The notes beneath the pieces are model-generated. The model was given only the letters and a program-made list of their open reading frames with translations. It had not been told where the DNA came from and did not search any database. A DNA stretch of 64,000 nucleotides, counting the filler, from Octopus bimaculoides (taxonomy: Eukaryota): the NCBI RefSeq assembly GCF_001194135.2. It is 4 parts of 3 records of this genome, joined end to end, with 100 filler letters (N's around TTAATTAATTAA, not from the genome) between each part and the next. Parts side by side here need not be neighbours in the genome. Positions count along the whole stretch, not along the records: positions 1 to 25,216 come from NC_068983.1; positions 25,317 to 49,416 come from NC_068983.1; 2 more parts are not named here. One strand, 5' to 3'. Position numbers and translations under genes: made by a program. This document shows, in pieces, positions 12,760 through 25,607 of the stretch (positions within the stretch are counted from its first letter, which is position 1; every line of letters starts with the position of its first letter).

Positions 12760-13850
12760 TCCGTAATTTAGGGCCAACAATATTTTGTACTAATCCAAAA
12801 ACATGGCAGTTATCAAACATCTCCCCAGGCTACAAAGAAATAAACAACTTTATGAAAGGATAAATAGATACAACTGAACCCTACAAGAAATATTGACCAC
12901 ATCAAAGATACACTAGTTATCACCAAACTAAGCGACTTGGTCTACTCAAAAGCTGCAGTCATATCCAGGGAAACTGTATTTGATCCTTAGGAAGATAAAA
13001 AAACCCAGCCAACTCTCAAATGCCAAAAGGGAAACAGAGCGCAATAAATGAAATTAAAAACAAAAGAAAGACTTGTCACTATTTTGTGACTTAGAGGAAG
13101 TGGGATCAAATATGAAAAATAAAAAGAAGACTCATATTACAAAACGATGCAACATAAAAAATAAAGAAGATACCTGGAAGGTAATAGAAAATATTAAGCA
13201 GCGCATAACAGCAAAAATTTGTTGCATACAACGGTACCAAAAACGGGAACGGATCTTCATAAAAAAAGTAGACAATTTAATATAATAAACACGAGAAGAT
13301 TTTACAGAACGTTTATACAGAGATGACATGCCAACATCTGCGATTCACTCATTCAGAGAAATAATATGGATGAAACAAACAAAAAAGCACAGCAAAATTG
13401 CTCAGTGAATTAATAAGGATGAGGACCGGAGGAACGAAATAGAACCACAGATATGGCCCACCATCACAGGCTAAGAGATCACAGGATACATGGAGGAGTA
13501 CTAGCAACTGGAAAACTCTTCGAATAGACAAGATTCTCCAAATTTCCCAGTACCCCAACCCAGGTATCAGAAACATTGAATTCATTGATATGTAAATCAG
13601 AATCAACACCAAACTGGATGCTGGAAAGGCAAACCACCCTAATTCCCCACAAAAAATGTCACCGTTCAACCACAAAATTATAGGCCAATAACATGCCTAT
13701 CAACAGCCTACAAAACTGGCTTCTAATACACTTGGAAAACAACAATGCTTTTTACCAGAAGAACAAAAAAGGTACTGGAGAAGGATGTATGTTTGCAAGG
13801 AGCAAATCCTGGTAAACCAAAACATTATAGATTATTGGGGACTCTTTTAA
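12760..13850 (+). mobile_element. R4/Dong-clade non-LTR retrotransposon fragment (pre-RT plus start of RT), decayed
   Basis: IENIKQRITAKICCIQRYQKR parallels IETIKQNVCAKAARIARYEKR of the 52-56 kb element; downstream QNYRPITCLSTAYK and PEEQK...CKEQILVN RT motifs. Confidence 0.85.
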
Positions 13851-15186
13851 CATGGATCCGATGTTAGTATCTATTTGTTTTTTAAATTGAGATTATATAT
13901 TATTGAAAACAGAACTTCAAAAGCGGTAAAAAAGTGGGTTGCGTGACAATACGTTATACGTTTTATTCACAATTTCTCCTAAAACACAGAGTTGTTCATA
14001 GATTGCAAGCACACACACGTAGCAAAAGCATCGACTTTTTTCTGCATCAGGGCTCTAAACTAGTTCCTGGTTTGCATTAAAATGCTCTTCGTCGAGGGGT
14101 CTTATTTTGTTTTTTGAACAATAAAGTGTTGTCTATCATTGAACTGCAAAATAAAATAGTCACTTCTATCCGAAGATATATATATATATATATATATATA
14201 TAATTGGAATTCAGTTCTGTGGTCGATCATAGAGGTCTAACGATAAAAGTCCTGCTATTCTTCCAATAGGGAGAAATGCTCAGAATCAAGCTTGCCTTCT
14301 CACTAAAGTATTCATACGTATATCTGTAAATATCCTGAAACGGCTTTCAGCTCTGCAGATTTTTTCATCGCTTGGAAACTACAAAACATTTTAGAAGACT
14401 TGTGTATTTTCTTTTACTGAATTAATTCGTGTTCAGTATGCTGTGCTCCATAATCTTTTCACCTACGGGCTAAGTAGTCTGATTATTGTTTTCTCATTAT
14501 TCTGTTTATGCATATACTAATTACTTTGAAAAGCAATTAATAGTTTTCTACAGCATTTCTAAATTTATTTCCCTCACTCAAAATTCGTGTATATATTGCC
14601 TGTATCCATTTGCAAAATATATTTGACCAAACAAGACAGAAGCTAAAATTTTAAATGGCTTTATTTTGAAATTTAAATTATCATCTTCACAGCTAACAGT
14701 ACATTATCTTTATTTTCAATTTTACGCTCAAACATCGGTGGATCTACTTTTAAATATGAAACATTATAGAAATTTAACTGAAAACATACTAGACAAACCT
14801 CAAAAGACGCTCATTACCATACAGTATCGTTATGTATATAAATCGTTGCTTCTCAAAAGTAACTATATTTAAAAGCCATAGTATATAAAATATGATAATC
14901 AAAAAAGTTGACGGAATACTTATGCAGTATGTCTAATACAAAGAGCATCTACGATAGCTGAATAATCATAGGAACAAAAAGAAATTATAACATTGTGAGC
15001 GAAAGAATGGTAACAAACTGCCAAAAGCAAAACCTAAGAAGCAAACACTGTAACCTAGCACTGAAATGTTCATGTCCAATTAATGCAAGCGTTTACTGTC
15101 AAAAGAAACAATGTTAAAGAGATTTCAATAATAAAAGCATAATAAACCATGCAAATTATATATATTTTTGCGAATATCTTTCTATG

Positions 15187-15232
<46 letters not shown>

Positions 15233-15417
15233 NNNNNNNNNNNNNNNNNNNNNNNNNNNNNNNNNNNNNNNNNNNNNNNNNNNNNNNNNNNNNNNNNNNN
15301 NNNNNNNNNNNNNNNNNNNNNNNNNNNNNNNNATAAACACACACATATATAATATATATCTATATATATACATGTACACACACATAGATACATACTCACA
15401 TGCATACAACAATTATT

Positions 15418-15490
<73 letters not shown>

Positions 15491-15530
15491 CAGCAGTAAT
15501 AGTGGTAGTAGCAGCAGCAGCAGTTAGTTG
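15418..15530. repeat. (TAG)n microsatellite
   Basis: Directly visible. Confidence 0.95.
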
Positions 15531-15539
15531 TAGTCAGGA

Positions 15540-16230
15540 TTATATTCCGGTGAAATGTGCCCTTACTGAAATTTTCCGAGAAAAAATAACTTTGGCTTTG
15601 AAGTACTCTCTCGAAGAAGGAGTATTCTCTGCCAAAGTAAGTAACAAGAAACCACCAGATACGGTATTAAAAGCTGTTAACATAATTGGTGTTGAGTATT
15701 CACAACAGTGTGATGAAACCACATACTGGCAGATTAACGCCTCTCTATATGCCTTGGCTACTACTGTAAAACGGTATATGAATGACATTCAGAAAGTAAA
15801 CAAAACCCGAAATAACAAAGAAAGTACCATCTTGTGTTTTGAAGACAAAGAAAAAGATAACTGGTTTACGGAAGACCATCAGTCATGTAATGATGCTTAT
15901 TGCATGCAAGCAATGAAATCACTATACGTCCCACCAACAGAAAGTAAAGAAGGAGATAGAAATTATGTTTGGAGACAGAAAAAAGTGGAAACTCACTTGC
16001 AAACTGATTACCCTCAAGCCGGAGCTAAAACCTGTCAGTGAAAAACTCCGACTTGAGAGAAGAACAATAAACAAAACATTTAACTAGGCAGCAGTATACA
16101 GATACATGAGAGGAGGAGCCGTAAACATCACGGAAGCTTCTTCACGAGAAGGCATAGACTCCGTCTGGAGAAAAATCTGGAGTGAAGAGAGGGAATTTAG
16201 CCAAGAGGCTCTATAACCGGAATAAATTCG
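15540..16230 (+). mobile_element. R4/Dong-clade fragment (region upstream of RT)
   Basis: TTYWQINASLYALATTV and, after a frameshift, AVYRYMRG...SSREGIDSVWRKIWSEE, equivalent to PSKEEVQEFWNKIWAE in the long copy. Confidence 0.65.
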
Positions 16231-16559
16231 AAAAAACGTTCAGCATGAGAGTTTACCTCTGGTTGCAGCAATCGTATTTCCTATTGATAGATACTGCAGA
16301 TTGGTGAAAAATGTGCCGTCTTTCAAGGACACAGAGCTGGCAATTACTGGTGCCGGGTGAGTAAAGTGGGGGTCTAGTCAATGACGGTCCATTCCATGTT
16401 GGGGGCTTCATTGCGATGATGTGGAGACTCCGCGAACAATGTACGCATACTTTCTAGCTGCTTATGCACACACGCATTCATCTCCGCACACACCCCACAC
16501 ACACACATTGATAACACACAGGCATAGACATCAGACATCCACATAAACGAACTCATACA

Positions 16560-16800
16560 TCTGGTATGCGCTCCACTCATTGACCATGTTTATGTCTGAC
16601 CCTAAGCTCTTTCAAATGCCTGCCAGACCAGGCGCCACCAGCTTTCTGCTCAGCCAAGTGATCAAAGAAATAGTTCTCCTTGTGCGTGCATCTATTGTCG
16701 CTGACGTGTCTATCACAATTCTCACAACACCATGTGATCTATCTTGACTAATTGCAGCCCAGTCTCCACTAGCTATCTATAACTTCCTGTATCTCTTTAA
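16560..16800 (-). pseudogene. Possible AP-endonuclease (RTE/L2-type) C-terminal relic
   Basis: GDWAAI, KIDHMV and DARTRR..(S)DHL motifs spread over different frames. Confidence 0.25.
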
Positions 16801-18126
16801 TCAACTAGGTTTCTGTAAGAAGCCTGCGAAACCTCAAGTCACAGGGATACGAATCAAACTGTTTTAAATAATAATGCAACACCTACTAATATATATATAT
16901 ATATCATAGCGAGAGAGGGAGAGAGGGAAGAGATTTTAGTTATCCAATGTACTTTGGCAGAATATTCGAGATAGTCATGAAATAAGTAACCACATCTAAA
17001 AGAAATGCTAGGTAGACGTGTCAGTAAGGGTCCATATGATCCAGATGATACAGACATATGTTGCAATCTCATACTATTTCGTAAGACCTTTGCCGCCAGA
17101 AACAGTGCCAATGACACTGACAGCTGTTTTATGACTTTATTCCCAAATAATACAATGTTTCTTATAACAGCTGCGATATAATAATTCATATCATGTTATA
17201 AAACATTTTTTGCTGAAGTATTACACCTTTCATAAAACTAGCATCTTCTATTTCTAATTCAATCCATCCGTTTCGTTACTTAAAATGTAGACTTAACAGA
17301 AAAACAACCAGCATTCAGTAAATTCGAAAGTTTGCATATGTCTTTTTGCTTTTAGCAGATAAGACTCCTGAAAGTTCAATTATACCCATTCTTCACGGGA
17401 AAATTCTTTCTCTTTTTATATACTGTTACTGTAATTAAAACAGATTTTCTCTCCATAGCGAATGACTTTGCTCGAAACATCAAACTTTTTATCTCTTCAA
17501 GAAGTTAAAGCTATTCTAGGTTCAAAAATGAATGATAATAAACGATTGTTGCTATTACAGGCCATTTCTAGTTGTCTCTTGTTTTTTGTCCTTATTCTTA
17601 CCCTTTAAATGTCTTTTTGTTCTTGCGTAACGTCTCAAACCGGCGTAGTGAAACCTGAGTTTTACTTGCTTCATGTTATTTCACCTGAATATAACCAATG
17701 GCATGCTCATATACTGCTTGAAATATCTATACTGTATTTCAATACTGCTGCACTATAAAAAAGAGTTCCTTCTGTTCTGTAAGAATTGCATCCCAGGAAG
17801 TCAACTGTCACCGCTTGTATTTAGCAAAAATCGACTGTAATCTCATTTTCAACATTATTCCATTGTTGTACACATTCCAGTTTATAGCTAATACTTAATT
17901 TTATGTTTGATCTTTTATCGAGCATTGTTTAGTTTTAGCTGTATTGTAATATTCTACGTAATTAGGGATTCACTGATTGACGTCAAAGAGCAAAGTTTTG
18001 ACAGGAAAAATAAGTATTTTGGTATACGTATTAAAGATAGTTAGGTGTTGCTCGTATTAGTTTGCCCGGAAGCAAAACGAAATCATCCAGTTGATGATAA
18101 TTTCTAGTCACAGACTGCTTTGTGGT

Positions 18127-18285
18127 ACATTACTTACATTATTTACATTCAACGGATATTTTACCTCATCTTGTTTGTTGTTAACACAAGGTTTCGGCTG
18201 ATATAATATCCAGCCTTCTTTATGTGTCTTGGGGAAATTTCGAAACTGTGTTCTCATTCCTAAGGTATTTTTCGATGTTATAATA
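18127..18285 (-). mobile_element. Decayed tail of the hammerhead-bearing SINE-like element
   Basis: Reverse complement reads CCCCAAGACAC-ataaaga-AGGCTG..CAGCC-GAAA-CCTT-GTGTT, homologous to 33500-33650; catalytic core mutated, stem I intact. Confidence 0.8.
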
Positions 18286-19599
18286 TTCTATAAATTCACA
18301 TAGCTATTGCAATAAAGTGTTGAGCAATCAATCACGAGAGATTATGATATAGTCGGTTGTATTGCACTTTCGATCTCTATTTTAGATGCCTATGCAGTTC
18401 CTAGGAAATATGAAGATGTTTTCAGGTTCCCCAGTTATTGACCCAACGAAACATCGTGATCGTGTAGGTAGAAAGAACGGCATGAGCATTAGGCTCCTAT
18501 ATTCAACCGAGTAGAGAGGAGCGGTGCAATTAGACCGTTTAGACAGAGGATACAAGGTGACACCCAGTCCAGGAATCGAACCCACGACGTTATGAATTAG
18601 TATATAGCTGTGTTCTCTAATGAAACAATTGAGAAGCTTGCATTGAGACAGAACTGAAATCTACTACTAAATGTAAAACTTTTGAAAGGTGCATAATCTT
18701 AGTCGTCAGAGACGTTAATAAGAATGTTTGTAGATCAAAGACACACCAAAAGACCCCATATATGGATATTAGGTCATAAACATTAAGTCTAAACAATAAC
18801 AGACACTTTCGGCATTAAGAGCTCTATGAGTATTTTTTTCCGTTTAACGTATAAAATTATAAAATAGCTGAAATGATAAAACACTCGTATTAAAGAGGTT
18901 ATCACTTCACAAATATCTTCTTGTAAATAGTTATCAGTATTCCTATGTATTTAATGTTTGTCTGATGTCTCATATTGGTCTTCCTGTAGTATGTCAATGC
19001 AGCTGAAGCAATGCGGGTGTTCATAAGAATTCGGTTACAATTATTCAACAGACCCAAGACAGCTGCGTTTAAAAATATCAGATATTTAACCAAGATCTTT
19101 GATTATAATAGCGTCATTTTATCTTCAACATTTTAAAGTCGAATATGTTACTACTTTTTTTTTTTATTTATTCATCATTGTCTTTGAACATGTTTTATAT
19201 CATAATGCAATTTGTCTAGAAGCAAACACAATAAAAACTCCAGCAAACTGCCAATTGATAAAAATGAAAGAAGAAAATATATATATACTTGAAACAATAT
19301 TTGAAATGTAATGTGATTATATTAGCTCCAATAACTCCTTCTTTTGACATATGAGGAAAAGACGTGACTCTCTTCGAAGAAACGCTATTTTGAACGGACA
19401 AAATATTCCGTTCACATGAAATCTATTGCTGTCGGCCTTAATGAAATTATTATCCGATATGGACAGTATTTCTTCTAATACTCACAACATTTAAGAGCTT
19501 TGGGATAAAGTGAACATAAGAAAAACTAAGAAAATATTGAAATTCGTTCGAGAGGAATATTTACGAGATCTATTGATGTATCTGTTTCACTTTACTATA

Positions 19600-20004
19600 T
19601 CATCATGATGCAATCATCATCATCATCATCATAAGCAGCAGCAGCAGCAGCAACAGCTTCAGTGTCATCAGCATGAACATCATTATCTTTAAGGACCATT
19701 TATCTTTATATACTTTTACTTCTATGCTTCCTCTTTCTATATCGTTATTGTTTTTGGTGTTGCTGTGGTTGATGGTGGTGGCGGTGGTGATGGTGATGGT
19801 GATGGTGATGGTGACGGTGATGGTGATGGTGATGGTTATTGTTATTGTTACTATGTTGTTGCTGTCGTCACCATTATCGTCTTTATTTGCTCGTCTATTT
19901 TCATAAGTAAGAAACTGTATAGAATTACATTCTAGAAAATATATCATTGTTTTAAATAGATATTGCATTTTACGAGCAAAACATTAACAATAATAATAAT
20001 AATG

Positions 20005-20054
<50 letters not shown>

Positions 20055-20110
20055 TGATGATGATGATGATGATGACGACGACGACGATGATGACGACGAT
20101 GATAACAACA
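19600..20110. repeat. Compound trinucleotide microsatellites (CAT/CAG/GGT-GAT/TAA/GAT-GAC)
   Basis: Directly visible. Confidence 0.95.
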
Positions 20111-20399
20111 ATAGTATTGAAGGTGATAATTGCGGTTGTTGGCAATTGTGGTGATGGCCGTGATAATGATTTCTTTCATAAACCACAGAGGTGTTGGAGG
20201 AAGGGAGTTATATTACGAATACAATTAACAAAATACGTTGTTGTTTTCAGAGAATTTGAATGAGGAAAAGAGCGAAAAGGAAAACGTAAATGCATGCACA
20301 ATATACAGATGTACAATGATATTGGCATACAATGATACGGTTCTACTTATATGCAATCAATGAAGGAACACCACAGATGTTATATCCAATCAATGACCA

Positions 20400-22150
20400 C
20401 CAAGGGTCAGTACCTTCTTCTAGATGTCATCTACCGACTTACACGCACATGGTAAACCTGTCCACTCTTGTCAGTTAAGTACTCTGTCACTTACATTTAA
20501 TGGGTGAAAGCCTGGCCAACTTAAACATTACTGAACATGTCATTTCCAATGGAAATTTGAAATGCATTACCCTTCAGTCCTTTTAGCTTTGTCTGCCATG
20601 TAATTTGATAAAGAAACAGCCTGTTCTTCCCAGTTAGAGAAAGGGATATGCAATTCTCTTAGTGATAGAGACGAGTCGATATCCAGATACGTCCTACAGG
20701 TGATGACAGCTATTCAACAAAGATCCACAAGTCAGTAACATCAGTCAAGTCGGTTATGTCATTTCGTGTGCATCTCAAACATATTTTTTCTTCTAGGCAC
20801 CTAATTCTTGAAGGCCTTTTTTCCGATTCTGAAGTATTTTTCGGCAGTATTTCAAAACCAAGGATTTGAAGAAGTTACTTATTGTCTCAGACACAAACTT
20901 CTTTCGAAACGAAGCAGTAACTTTATTTCTTGTGACGCCGAAGTCCAAGGACCTCCTTTCTATACTTCAACCCCCTGTTATTGATATTTCTACTCATTTA
21001 TCGAGAACAGACACAGAATTTGGGGGAGAAATGTACGTTGCTGAATTTGGGTCTTACACTATCAGTAAGATCTAATTTGTTGACCGTAGACAGCTAAGTC
21101 TTCAGTTCTTGGTTGTTTGCAAAGATGGACTTTGTGTCTTTCACGTTACAACTAAACACTTTTCATGACGGTTGATATCTATAACCTACTCAGAAACGGG
21201 TCTTGTTGCAGATCTTGCTTTATTTAAACACAAAATTATCTAAACTGGACTCCTTTAGAATTTTGCTAACATAAATCAACATCACAAGAATCTTAAGAAA
21301 ATACGTGTTCCTCGTGATTGAATTTGTTGTCATTATGAGGCTGTCATTATTTGTTGTCATAAATGCTTTCGTAAGAGCTGCAGGACACCAGGTATAGTGA
21401 ATCGCCCTCTGTACTCCATTTCAGCCGAATAGACTGCTGTGCAATTTTTGTACCTCTTATAAGGCTGCCTAATTGGTTTTGTGACTAAACCTGCCTATAT
21501 CTACAGGACAAACAGTTAGATGTAACAGGTAACTACAGAACGTCCTTCCTCCCAAGTTCCAGAGTTACCTCAGGTGGACTGATCAAAGACCGGGAGTTAC
21601 TTCGGTCTTATTTCACGAAGCCATCACTGAAGTGGCTCTAAAATGAATGTGGATATCATCAATTTTGCAGGTGTGAGGATCACTGAGCGTCTCCCACAAA
21701 AGTTGTAAAACTCAAACTGTTTGATTGAAAAGCATTTCCCTTCTTATATCTTTTAATCACTCTGTCTTCTGCCACTCATACTTGCTTGGTGTTATAAGTT
21801 TCTTGCAGGGGATACTCCATCGGTCCATGAGAAATCACCTTCTTTCTTCCTTTGATGGTTTGTAGCTCGATTCAAGGGCTTAAACTCATGCATGAGTTCC
21901 TGTATATTATTATATTTATCGTTACTTAGGAAGGTTTCATTGTTTCTTCTGAAATCCAAATATTTTGGCCGTTAGAGTGATGATAGTTATCTGGAGACGA
22001 CGATAGGCATTATTCCTGGCTTTTGCCACCAATATGTAATCAATATTCTTATCAAAATGGTCCTACTGCTTGTTAACGCAAGGACACTTTAACTGCAGTT
22101 CCGTTATTCTGAGTCTTTTGTTACTTTCCAATGCCATCAATCTTCAATCT
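20400..22150 (-). mobile_element. Old R4/Dong-clade RT remnant
   Basis: Across frames: FRRNNETFLSN, PSKEERR*F..W, a GVQ-GDSLY segment resembling QGDSLSP, and KSIFANNQELKT*LSTVNK. Confidence 0.6.
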
Positions 22151-23879
22151 CGTGCGTGGGGACGAGAAACGTTATAAAATGATTTGGATTCCTAGAAATG
22201 ACTTGAGATACAGGGATTAAATACTGGCAATAGGGTAATTAATGTGGTAGTTAAAAGATTTGGCCTTGTCGTCGCATTCTCATATATAAAAATGATTTGA
22301 AAACTCAATAAAATTTTTTCAATTACAATTAAATGCGAAGGTGAAACAATCTTCTGGGACTAATTATTCCAAGAACACATTGAACTAATATTGATTTACT
22401 AATTTTTTCATGTAGAGAGCATAATTTCAATTTAAAAAAAAGCAAAGCTTATATGAGAAACAGAAGACTGGAAGAAATTATTCATAATAGATGAAATAAA
22501 ATTAATTGTAGGTATCAAATTACTTAATAAAAGAGGTATTTTCAAGTAAGAAATTTTAAATATTGCTCTCGAGTTTATCGTTGAATCATTAAATAGGTTT
22601 ATAGAAGAATTTTATTTATTTTCTTGAAGAAGATGCTATGATAATCAGCTTTTGCAGATCCTCCGTGGCCGGTTACAATTACATGGTTTACATAAATTCT
22701 TATTCAACCGTCATATGTACTGGGAAGGATGAACTAGACAGAATGGTTGGGTTCAAGACTCAGTTGGTCACGTGAGGAACGGAGACAGGACTGTCCAAGT
22801 ATGAAGGTGGTGCAAGACCCGCAATCTATATAGTGTAGAACCTACTGTAGAACCTCATGAAACCATTAAAAATATAACGCAATAGAAATAAATTAATACA
22901 AAAAATATAAGAGAAGTTAAGATGCAGTGATAATTTGAAATATATACGTCATTTATGTTGTATTGTAAGAAGACAGTTCGTGCGGAAGAGAAATAGGTTG
23001 TAAACCTCATAAAATATTATAGAACATTATAAATTGTTTAGGGTGAGTGGAAACATTTGCATTTGAATAATGGAATAAAATATATGTGGCTTTGAATAAT
23101 AAAATAATTCCGTAGTGGTTCATGATTTCATACAACTTTTCAGTGAACGGGAAATAATTCTCATCGACTGAATATTGAAAGGCATCGGTTTAAAAATGTT
23201 TGAGTGTTTAAAGCCATTGTGATAGAAAAAATAAGTTTAAATCTAAAATTAAATCACAAAAAATGAAAAACGGATAAAATATAAAATAGTTGAAGTACAA
23301 TGAGATATAGATAAAATAAATTGAATAAATTACTGTATCTTTTTGTGATAAGCAACCGAAGATGATGTTTACAAAAGCACGGATTTAAATAGCGTTGAAA
23401 ATTAGTAGCAAGAATATTGTGATATAAGTAATTTAATTTTGATTATGAAATTGTGTAATGAAAGAGTTTTAAAGAATGTTGAAAGAACATATGAAAGAAA
23501 CCGAAGTACATCTAAATGATATGATGGTAATCAGTCCAAACATTCTAAGAGTTTGGTAGGTTTATTATCCGATACGTCATATGTCGATCTCTGTGTATGT
23601 TAGTGTTTGCATCACAGCACAACGACGATTGTGTGTATGTGAATGTGTACGTGACATAGTGAGTACGTGAAGGTCTGGTAGATGGATACATGTATGTGTG
23701 AAGTAATATGATACGTATATTGGCTACTTTTCTTCTTTCCTTTACCACCATCTGAGGAACGGAACAACGTGAGACCTGCAATCGATGTAATGTAGATTTC
23801 AAATTCAATAGCCGCAAACACACTTGCACATACATACACACACAAAGATACATAAATTATCATCATCAGCAGTAGCATT

Positions 23880-23905
23880 ATTGTTATTATTATTATTATT
23901 ATTAT

Positions 23906-23987
<82 letters not shown>
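23880..23987. repeat. (TTA)n(TAG)n microsatellite
   Basis: Directly visible; abuts the head of a family C SINE. Confidence 0.95.
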
Positions 23988-23988
<1 letters not shown>

Positions 23989-24432
23989 CGGCGAGCTGTC
24001 AGAATCGTTAGTACGCCGGACAAGATACTTAGCGGCATCTCATCCGTCTTTACGTACTGAATTCAAACTCCACCGAGGATGACTTTGCCTTTAATCCTTT
24101 CAGGGTCGATAAAATGAGTATCAGTCGTACAATGGGGTCAGTCTAATTGATATTCCCTCTCCCTCAAAATTTTAGGCCTTGTACCTATTGTAGAATGGGT
24201 GATTTTAATTTTTCAATGCAGTAAGCTAGCTGAATCGTTAGCGCACCGGGCAAAATACTTAGCGACATGTCGTTCGCCTTTACGCTCTGAATTCAAATTC
24301 CGCCGAAGTTGACTTTACCTTCAATTCTAATGAGGTCAATAAAATAAATACTAGTTTAGTACTGAGGTCGATGTAATCGACTTATCTCCTCACTAATCTT
24401 GCTTGCCTTGTGCCAAAATTTGAATTCATCAT
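23988..24432 (+). mobile_element. Two tandem family C SINEs (23988-24205, 24220-24432)
   Basis: Head GCGGCGAGCTG.CAGAATCGTTAG, B-box-like TGAATTCAAATTC, body GACTTTGCCTTT.ATCCTTTC.GGGTCGATAAA, two alternative tails. Confidence 0.85.
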
Positions 24433-24830
24433 CATCATTGCTTCCAGTTCTTACTGAGTGTCTTCCCGACACTTAGGGCAAAGAAACTTACTGTGTACCC
24501 TGATAGGCCGCTGAAATAAATACACCAGATTTGTTTATTTATAGATTTGAGGAAGAGATTTAAAAGAAGGTGGGGAGAAAGACAGTGAGAACAAAGGAAG
24601 ATAGAAAAAAAATATAAAAAAAGAAAATAAAGGGGTAAAAGGAAAGAAAACCTACAGCAACACATGTTCTTCTGAATACGTGTGACGTATCAGTTAAGAC
24701 AATCTTTTGCACTTCCTGTGTGGATGGCAAACCATGGATCATCGCCAAATCATTTTCATTTCCTTTCTGAATCACTCCAAGTGCCCCTGCGATCATTGTA
24801 TTGTAAACGACTTGAGATGCAACATATTTT
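24433..24830 (-). mobile_element. R4/Dong 3' end (RLE C-terminus plus 3' UTR)
   Basis: IAGALGVIQKG...GLPSTQEVQKIVLTDTSHVFRR matches the C-terminus of the other Dong copies; short (TGA)n tail. Confidence 0.8.
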
Positions 24831-24909
24831 CGATTTCAATCAACAAATATTTATTTTTGTGTGAGAGTGCAATGCATGTCATCGAAGCAATGCATGTAAG
24901 TATGAATGC

Positions 24910-25075
24910 GAGGGGCTTCTTTCAGTTTCCGGCTAACGAAACCACTCACAAGGCTTTGCTCGGCCCGAGAGTGTAGTAGAAGATAATTGCCCGAAGTGCT
25001 ACGCAATGGGACTGTACCCGGAAATCATGTAGTTGGGAAGCAAGCTTCTTAGCAGGCAGCCATGCCTGTGCCTAC
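24910..25075 (-). mobile_element. SINE family B, 5' half
   Basis: Homologous to 32642-32810. Confidence 0.8.
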
Positions 25076-25216
25076 TAAAAGTGCGAGGTGTTCACAACAC
25101 CTAGGTTTCCTAAGCGGTCACAAATCTAACTACTTACAAACCTTGATGTTGCTCAACTTGAGTGATTGGATGAGAACCGGTGTATTCAACGTGATATATA
25201 TATATATATATATATA

Positions 25217-25316
25217 NNNNNNNNNNNNNNNNNNNNNNNNNNNNNNNNNNNNNNNNNNNNTTAATTAATTAANNNNNNNNNNNNNNNNNNNNNNNNNNNN
25301 NNNNNNNNNNNNNNNN
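25217..25316. other. Artificial scaffold-join linker (44N-TTAATTAATTAA-44N)
   Basis: Exactly 100 bp; same design at 49417-49516 and 58222-58321. Confidence 0.95.
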
Positions 25317-25369
25317 ATATAAATATAATCATATATAAATATTAATTATTTTGAGTATTCAATGTTGCC

Positions 25370-25607
25370 TAACCTGCATTAAACTCTATCGTTACTATAT
25401 TTCTCTTGAGGTGCTCTGTTTCTTTCAATTAATTTCAAATATAACAAAGAGTTTAGTAAAATAACTTAGTTATCATTAAACTAGTGTTAGGAACATAAAT
25501 TGTGACTAAGGTCTGGTGGAAGATTTTAATTCAAAACTTATGAAAACAAGACATTTGTACTACAGAGTCAAAGGTGGTTTCAGCCGGGTTGGTATCAAAA
25601 GGGTTAA
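25370..25607. mobile_element. piggyBac-like MITE, right end
   Basis: Ends GGGTTGGTATCAAAAGGG-TTAA, nearly the reverse complement of the start of the 26922 element. Confidence 0.7.

Noticed and set aside
14296-14376. 81-nt minus-strand candidate exon FPSDEKICRAESRFRIFTDTYEYFSEK
   Set aside because: Needs a GC donor, has a weak acceptor and matches no protein I recognise.
17602-17674. Minus-strand candidate first exon MKQVKLRFHYAGLRRYARTKRHLK with G|GTAAGA donor
   Set aside because: Short, with no homology or partner exons; expected by chance in 64 kb.
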